DNA of 64,000 nt from Octopus sinensis (taxonomy: Eukaryota): positions 16,120,001 to 16,184,000 of the forward strand of contig NC_042998.1 of the NCBI RefSeq assembly GCF_006345805.1, in the 5' to 3' direction. This document shows, piece after piece, positions 55,734-64,000 of this stretch. Each line of letters opens with the position of its first letter. Position 1 is the first letter of the stretch. The position numbers were made by a program, and so were the translations under genes. The notes below the pieces were generated by a model. That model saw nothing but the letters and a program-made list of their open reading frames with translations, was not told the origin of the DNA and made no database searches.

Positions 55734-56815
55734 GAGTGTGTGTGTTTGTGTGTGTGTGAGTAAATAATATATATATATAATATATATATATACACACACA
55801 TATATATATACATATATATATATATGTATATATACATATATATTTATATTTATATATATAGTATATAAGTATATATAGCGAGGGATGTAGACAGGATACA
55901 TTTATGTATGTATGCGTGTGAGCGTGCGTATTTTTGGGGCGTATATATTTAGACATACACACACACATATAAGTGTGTATGTCTATATGAATTTCAATGC
56001 AAATGCCTGCTTGCGTACGTTTGTGTGTGTGTGTGTGTGTGTGTCCGTGTGAAGACTGTGGAATATAATGAGAGCGAGAGAAAGAGAGCAAACTAACGGA
56101 AAGTGTAGAGTGTTCTATAAATGCGTATATACCTGCGCTTCGTTCTTTCTTAGGAAACATGTGAATCTACGAGTTCAAATTGAGTATTGCGTTATGAAAG
56201 GGGAAAATATATTCATACAGATCTCATTTATGGCTGTTTCAAATATAGCATATGCTAAAATGTTACACAGTCAGACATAAATATGTATGATGCATGGGTT
56301 GAACTCTCATACTACAATTTCCTGTTCACTTATTGTCAAGGAAGAAATACACTATGCAAGATAACTGATTTTTTATTCTGCATGTAGACATCTTGGCCGA
56401 ATAACATAAATTATACCACGTTCTCCTGTTATTGTTCCTTCGAAAACATAAAAAAATAATATATCTGTATTTTGGTTCAATTTAGAAAACAGTAGTTGCA
56501 TTTGTCGAAATAAGAGGCTTTTATTAAAAGCTTACATCTGGTGTAAACACTTGCACGCCGTTGCTATACAAGTTCCATTTTCTTGTTGAGAACATTTTAA
56601 ATTTATATATAACTTATTATCATAGCTTCGCTGTCACGAAGTAATCTATAGCTTTCTGAAAGATGGTTTATAACCTTCAATATTCCCCCCCACATAAAAA
56701 TGATAAATATAATTCGGAGAAAACTAACTGACCCTCGAACCACAGCCGGGGCCCAAACAGAGACACACATATAACAAAATACGCAGAAACAGCAATATAC
56801 ATACAGACAAAAATG

Positions 56816-56852
<37 letters not shown>

Positions 56853-56981
56853 ATTAATCAGCCGAAATTGCGAAGATGATCCGGTTCTTGACTGAAGATT
56901 GAAGGCTTCGAATGTCCCGTCCGTGTTTTTTGTATCGTCTTCTAAATGTTTTACGTTCTTGTCCCAGTTTGTATTTTTTAC

Positions 56982-57076
<95 letters not shown>

Positions 57077-57119
57077 TATGATATATATAATATGTATATA
57101 TATATATATATATATTATA

Positions 57120-57160
<41 letters not shown>

Positions 57161-57167
57161 ATATAAT

Positions 57168-57227
<60 letters not shown>

Positions 57228-57293
57228 ATATAATTTTTTCAAAATGAGATAAAACCCAAGGCTGTGAAGATTTAGAACATTTATAAATAGAAG

Positions 57294-57341
57294 ATCTTAC
57301 AGCTGTTTCCAGGATATTTATTATATCCTTTCATCTGAGAC
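57294..57341 (-). ncRNA. Hammerhead ribozyme motif (U4A variant, palindromic stem III)
   Basis: Minus strand: GTCT-CAGATGA-A-AGGATAT-AATAA-ATATCCT-G-GAAA-CAGCTG-TA-AGAT. Confidence 0.6.
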
Positions 57342-58091
57342 GGTGTAAGAATATGGTTAAGCAATAGTTAATTTAGATAAGATACGAAGTAGAGAGTGAA
57401 GTGGAGGAATGAAAATAGATGTGAGATATGCAGGGAAGTGCATTTGTAGATACATTATTTAGACAGAATGCTATATATATATATAATATATATATACAAG
57501 ATTCCGATATCTTGTGAGTAAAATCCAATAGTATTTAAAATTGGTCTTTGCAAGTATAGAGTTTGTACGCAGTGCTATTGAATCAAGGGTTTTATTTAAA
57601 GCGACCTAAAAGTTGGGAATGCATTTGTAAGGTCAAATTGAAAACGGGAGGAGAAGAATAAAGAAAAGAGAAAACAAAACGAGAAGAAAAATGAATAAAA
57701 AAGCGAAGAAAAAACAGGAAGATAGGAATAAAGAAAAGGATGAAAGTAAAATGAAAAAATAAAAACAAGGAATGAAATAATAAGGGAAAGTGAACCAGGT
57801 AGTGGTCAGTCAAGATAATTTGCAAGTAAGAATGGGGAGATGAGGTTGATAGAGAGAGAAAGGTATTAGAGTGTAAAAAGATAGAAGGAATGGGGGTGAG
57901 AGAGAGTGGTATAAAAAGTAAAGGAGTGTCAGTTATGTAGTGATAGAATCTAAGTGATGGGGCAGGGAGCGAGAGGGATATTATTATGGAATGAAGAATT
58001 AAGGATTATAGATTTGGTGCTTGGACAGGTCAGTGCTTATTAATAGAAGAAAAAATATATGTGAAAATGTATACGTATGTATATATAAGGC

Positions 58092-58152
<61 letters not shown>

Positions 58153-58389
58153 TTATACAGATCTTTATACATATCAATATCTACATACACGACTCAAACT
58201 CATATGTATATGTACAGATGCACACCCATATATATGCGTATATCTGTATGTAGTATCGCCCCTGTATACGCAGGTATACATACCTTACATACATGCATTC
58301 ACACATACACACATACATACACGCATACACAAACAGAAACCAGTTCCCTAGAGAGAAAACCACACTCATCATGCGCATCAAACGACCTA

Positions 58390-59610
58390 ATAAAAAAATA
58401 CAATTAAAATGCTCCCACATACAACATCCACATTCAACAACAATGAAAAGGCCGGAGTTGGAAAAGCTTCATCTGCTGACCTACATGAAAACCTCCATTG
58501 AAAACCAAAGAGCTGCAGAGGAACAGTGGGTAATAAAGAAAATCAAACAGAAACCAAAAGTGTTCTTTTCATATGCAAATAAGCATAGAACCGTTGTCTC
58601 AGCCATTGGTTCTTTGATCGATGAACGCTGCATTCTCCAAGCGATGCTAAAATATGGCAGAAATGTTGCAGAAACAATACTGCTCTGTCTTTAGTGATTC
58701 CACTGATACTGACGTAAGGAATGCGAACGAAGTCGATTCCCAACACAAAATCTCGGACATAACCTTAACTGCTACATACATCATAGCACCAATGAATGAG
58801 GTAAAGTACTATTCTGCTGTAGGCCATGGTAGATTCCCTGCTAGTCTCATAAGAGAATGTAGACACAAACTTGCAGACCCTCTGAGCAATCTCTGGAGAA
58901 ATTCTTTAAACTCAGGCTATATACCAAAACAGCTCCTATCCTAGACTGTCATCCGGCTTTTGAACTGGGAAACAGATCCCTCACAATCAACTATCGCCGA
59001 ATCTCGCTCACTTCCCACATTATTAAATTGTTTGGAAGGGTAGTAAGATCAAGGATAGCTGGCTTCCAGGTGAGCCACAAACTCCTCAATTCAAACCAGT
59101 ATACCTTTCACTGTGGCAGGGACTGTCTAACACAGCTCTTACAACACATTGATAATTTACTTAAAGCCTTGGGAATTGGTTTTAAATCTGATGTCATATA
59201 TCTTGACTCCAGTAAAGGTTCGACAGACTTAACCATAATATCCTACTGTCAAAACTGACAAATCTTATAATCCGTAGAACACTTCTAGACTGGATTGAGT
59301 ATTTCCTTGTGAACAGAACACATGTTTTGGTCGATGGAATCCACTCAAGCCCCGGAAAGTTACCAGTGGTGTCCCTCGGGGGACAGTATTGAGCTCGCTT
59401 CTCTTATAATCTATATAAACGACCTTTCCAGCATCATAGAACATAGTAAAGTGAAAACATTTACTGGAGACTCAAAGCTCCAGAGAAAAGGATCCCATTA
59501 CCTTTAAAAGGGATCTGAACAGATTTCTGCAAACAATACCAGATAATCCACCTATACCCGGATACAACACACTTACAAGGACTCTCTAATCAAATAGACC
59601 ATGACACCAC
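58390..59610 (+). pseudogene. Decayed CR1/Jockey-group LINE reverse transcriptase
   Basis: Reads KKIKQKPKVFFSYAN, EMLQKQYCSVFS, LADPLSNLWRNSLNSGYIP, NYRRISLTSHIIKLF, DVIYLDSSKGFD, GVPRGTVL, IYINDL and FTGDSKL (a decayed FADD motif). Stops and frameshifts throughout. Confidence 0.9.
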
Positions 59611-59760
59611 AAAACGTGACTGAAAAAGGATTTAGGTTATCCTATCTGGTAGTGGTATTAATTTAGACATGGCCTGGACGAATCTTCGGTCGAAACATAT
59701 CGAAGTTTATATAATTATATATATTATATATATGCATATACATTCTTGTATACATATCGG

Positions 59761-59821
<61 letters not shown>

Positions 59822-59841
59822 CATTCTTGTATACATATCGG

Positions 59842-59885
<44 letters not shown>

Positions 59886-61817
59886 ATATATATATATATA
59901 TATATAGATATATATATACATATATATATACATATATGTACATACACATATCTGATATGTATACATACAATTTATGCATATAGTTTACTGTACCGTGGTC
60001 GATGAGAAAAAATTGGTGTTTCCAATAACAGATATATATTTACTATACACAAAATTTACAACCGGTTGTAAAAATTCTTGCTTGCAAATTAGTCTGTAGG
60101 TTTTGCATTGAGTACTGTCTAACAAAGGCACATATACGCGCTCTAAATACATCGGCTCTCTGAAAAAAGTGAAAACTTACAAGAAAGGAGAAGATAAAAA
60201 GTAAAAGCATGACTGAAAACCAAAATGACTGGAGATAAGAGTTGTGACACCTTGGCCCAATTGAATGGCGATAAGCGAAAGTTGGTGTGGTTAATTTGAG
60301 TAAGAACGGTTACAGTCAATCCTGAGTTTGAGATAGTCTTGAATGTTTGATAAAAATAATCCAGATGCATATGTTTACTGAAATTTTTGTATCTCGATTT
60401 TTAGTAGATCGGGGTAACTTCTAGATTTAAAAAGTGTGTTTAAATTATGATGTGCGAGGTACTGTTGGTATTCGAATTGAGATTTAGCTACCTAACATGT
60501 CTTCATTCTTATATACGTACCGGATAGGAGATTGGTGATTAACATATATTTTACAATGTCAATTGCCTGAGGACCAATCCCTTTTCTTACCAGCTCTATT
60601 CTCTTAAACTGCTGCGAGCTCAGGTTTGTAAACCAAAAAATACATACATGCACACACAAATAGACACACACACAAACACGCACACAGATAGTACAAAATC
60701 TATATTCGTGTACATGAGTATAAAGGAATGTTATATCTATAAAATCAACTGTTTTTCATATTTCCATAAATATTTTCGCTAAATTTAACGTCTGTTTCTT
60801 CAAATATATCATATGTAAGTGTTACTTATTCAAAGAGGCAGTTTAGGGATCAGGCTTATACATTAGAAACAATTTTCAACAACATCACTTAAGGCAGAAA
60901 TCTTTCATAGCATACTGGTATTTTTAGAGTTTCCATGTACATCACAATACTTCAGATTTCCTGTATAAGTGTTGTTGAAAAATATTTGGATTAAAATGAT
61001 ACAATCATCACGTGATAAACTACTCGTAGAACAAAACTTTAAAAATCACAATAATTACATTGCACTAGATTTCACATGATACTTATCCACTTAAATCATT
61101 AAAAGAAGAACGAATATATAAATTTCATTTCCGAAAGCAAACAATATTCAGTTAATTGAAAGATGGCTCTTAATTTGAGATAGACAAAGATAAATATAAA
61201 AATGATGAAGGAAGAGGTAATGGCTTCATGAGTGCTTTATATTTCTTAATTTGCATCATTTGTGGGAAATATATTTGAATAATATGGACTTGAACTCTGC
61301 GAATCGGTATTGAGTTATGGCGTCGGGAATGTTCTGGTTTGTTCAGATTCGTTTGCGCCAAAAACATCCTCTTTGTTGTGAATGATAAATCTCGCAGCAA
61401 GATAGGGTGAAATTTAAGGTTCTGGACTTTCTTGATGAATCTGCTTTTTATTCAATATCTTTTAGACACCCTTTTCAAATCCTAAGTTAGAATATCAGCT
61501 GATATCAAATGGTGCGTGGGACATAGAATGTTCTTCTCAATAGGCGACCGCGTGTGCTATAGAGGATAATTTGGTTCTTATAGTTACGTAGATATTTCGT
61601 TTTTTTTTAAGTGTAATTGAAAAGTATAGACTTGAGATTTGTGTGCTTACTATTCAGGTTGTTCTATCAGTGAAGTATATATGTATGTATGTGTTTGTAT
61701 GTATGTATGTATGTATTTTTATATTAGCGAGCACTATATCTCGGGTTATAGAACGTAAACGATCGGAACTTTACCAATGGTTTCGCATTGATTAGTCGAG
61801 ATTCCAGATAAACAAGC

Positions 61818-61950
61818 ACAGGCGAATGTGTGTAATAAGTTTACTCTTCAACCACATGATTCTGAGTTTTTTTTTTACTATTGCCATAGGCGGTCCAACG
61901 ACTTGAGTGTCCAATCCGTAGGCGGAAACTGAAAGAAGCACGTGGTATAT
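61818..61950 (+). mobile_element. SINE family 2 remnant
   Basis: CAACCACATGATTCTGAGTT...GTAGGCGGAAACTGAAAGAAGC. Confidence 0.6.
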
Positions 61951-62038
61951 AGCTGGTGTTCAATGCTATCTCTAGGTTTCATTAATCTTTATAATCCCCA
62001 GTCTCTCTCTCTCTCTCTTCTATCTATATATATATATG

Positions 62039-62121
<83 letters not shown>

Positions 62122-62158
62122 AACTTAGATAAACTTAGATATGGTACAGGCCATGTCT

Positions 62159-62208
62159 AATAATATGAATAAACAATGGAGTTAACTCCATTGTTTATTC
62201 ATATTATT
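62159..62208. repeat. Perfect 50-bp palindrome
   Basis: AATAATATGAATAAACAATGGAGTT|AACTCCATTGTTTATTCATATTATT, with no spacer and no mismatch. Confidence 0.97.
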
Positions 62209-62440
62209 CAAATATTCAACGTAAAAACGAAGTTTCAACCTTTATAAACAAGGAGTTACAACATCTTTACTTGTGAGATTTTTGCTGCCCTGGTAACTAT
62301 TCATTCATTTATCCGTGTTAATTGTTAACAAGGTAAAATACACTTATCTATTTATAATACTTTAATCAGGTTTATTAATAACCTGCTAACTGAATTGTTA
62401 CAGCATATGGAGTTATTACCTGCGTTAACTCCATTTTTTA

Positions 62441-62486
<46 letters not shown>

Positions 62487-62507
62487 GTATGTATTTGTAT
62501 GTAGATG

Positions 62508-62540
<33 letters not shown>

Positions 62541-63224
62541 GTATACATACATATATACATACATATAAATGCAAGTGTAAATAGTTATGTATATGCCTAT
62601 AGTCCAAAACGCTCTGTAACAGTGCAGCCCGGAGACAGACGAATTTGAGTTCTTAAATTTACGTTCCACACACAATGTCGTTCGTAAATAATAATAGAAA
62701 TTTATAATTTTCTCAGAGAAATAACTCAATCATTATCAATTATCTCTATATTACTTGACACTCACTCTATTTGAATAGGGGTTAACTTTCACGCAATGCT
62801 TCATTTTGTTTATAAACTCAAGTTCCAATGTTTAATTTCATTTTATGATACACGGTTTATTACGCACGAAATAGTGATGGGATGTGTTAGAAACCACACC
62901 TAATTCTCTCTTAAAGCACATTTTCGTCAGAAAATTATTATGGAATTTTGAGCAAGTTGCAGATTCGGACTATCTGTAGTTTAGAACTATGATTACAAAA
63001 CAATTCTGAAAAGCAGCCGAAATTTTAGGATATAGATAAAGCACATCGATATTCGTTCGCATAAATAGGTTTCTTTCCATTTATATATTTGTATATTTCT
63101 CTATCCAGAAAATATCACAGACAGAAAAAGAATTTAAATAATGTGTTACCAATTATAAGAAGATTTAAGATGAATTTATCTTACAATCTTTCCACAATAT
63201 CTCAGACAAAAACCTATATGTAGA

Positions 63225-63259
<35 letters not shown>

Positions 63260-63555
63260 ATAATATTATATATTAAATATATATGGATATGGAGAGAGAC
63301 AGGACAGATAGAGAAGAAGAGATAGTTAATGTAAAGAATATGAGGGGTTTCGTTCACTGATGATCTAATCCAATATGTATGCTGCGTAAGGGTTATAATT
63401 GGCCTTCCGTCAGTTACCAAGTTCACAGCTGAGGCTGGATCTAGGCATCTGTAATAGGCTTCCGAGTCAACAGGTATATATTAAAGGAAAATGGAAAGCA
63501 AAACCAATGTAGGACAAGTATCTCAGGTCAGAGATACTTGTTAGAATAAGGTAAA

Positions 63556-63998
63556 GGTGAATCAAAAATGGAGAAGTAGAAGTAACTAATGTCTTACAGC
63601 TATTTCTGGCGTATCCCAGATGATAGATCAAGGTATTCCGTCATCAGATTCAAGGTGTTCCAGAGACAAAATTCATAGTGTATTTTTTTAAAAAGCAGTA
63701 GTTAAAAGAATAAAGAGAGGAGTATAAAGTTCACAGGTCATCTTGTTCCAAAGGGTATGGGCATTACCTTCTGGAATAAGTTGAACTTTGAACTTTATTC
63801 TCTCGTATTTATTCTTCTATCTCTTGTTTAATTCTTCTATACACAGTGAATTATGTGTCGGGAATTTTTCTGCATACATACCTTGTCTCTGAAGACAGAA
63901 TACCCAGTGTATGGAGATGGTGACCCATCACCTGGGATACGCCAGAAACAAATGTAAGACATTAATCATTTCTACTTCTTCATTATTTTTGATTCGCC
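63556..63998. repeat. Fold-back element with an HHR motif on each arm
   Basis: GG.GAATCAAAAAT...AGAAGTAGAA...TAATGTCTTACA...TTTCTGGCGTATCCCAG.TGAT is present in inverted orientation at both ends. May continue past the window end. Confidence 0.85.
63884..63961 (+). ncRNA. Type I hammerhead ribozyme motif with extended stem II
   Basis: TGTCT-CTGAAGA-CAGAATA-CCCAG...GATGG-TGAC-CCATC-AC-CTGGG-ATACGCCA-GAAA-CAAATG-TA-AGACA. The mirror copy on the minus strand at 63590-63652 has CTGATGA...GAAATAGCTGTA-AGACA. Confidence 0.7.
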
Positions 63999-64000
63999 AT

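Noticed and set aside
59735-59880. Short direct duplication CATATACATTCTTGTATACATATCGGATATG
   Set aside because: Ordinary slippage within an (AT)n tract.
60055-60072. 18-bp palindrome TTTACAACCGGTTGTAAA
   Set aside because: Short and isolated; may be a decayed repeat remnant, with no supporting context.

Overview
This is eukaryotic, very AT-rich DNA full of microsatellites. The SINE and LINE families look like those of octopus (coleoid cephalopod) genomes; that is recognition from memory, not a database result. Almost all supplied ORFs are microsatellite translations or transposon antisense frames. Most of the window is transposon debris: three tRNA-headed SINE families (several copies with readable 15-18 bp TSDs), R4/Dong-type LINE 3' ends in (TAA)n tracts, decayed CR1-type LINE pieces, a scrambled HERO-type LINE, a full-length but dead 1284-bp mariner with TIRs and TA TSDs, and a probable piggyBac fossil. 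Three things stand out. (1) About a dozen hammerhead-ribozyme (HHR) motifs, from several unrelated short repeats, mostly sit beside (AT)n tracts. Some have intact cores and others are core variants; several lie in fold-back elements, and one HHR-like motif lies in a 3.4-copy ~833-bp tandem array. This resembles Penelope-like elements or retrozymes. (2) A candidate spliced gene at ~46.8-47.8 kb could encode a ~55-aa single-pass membrane microprotein that the ORF track misses. (3) There are several recent local rearrangements: a 308-bp near-perfect inverted duplication, a perfect 50-bp palindrome, and two adjacent tandem duplications bounded by (AT)n. All coordinates and alignments were read by eye.
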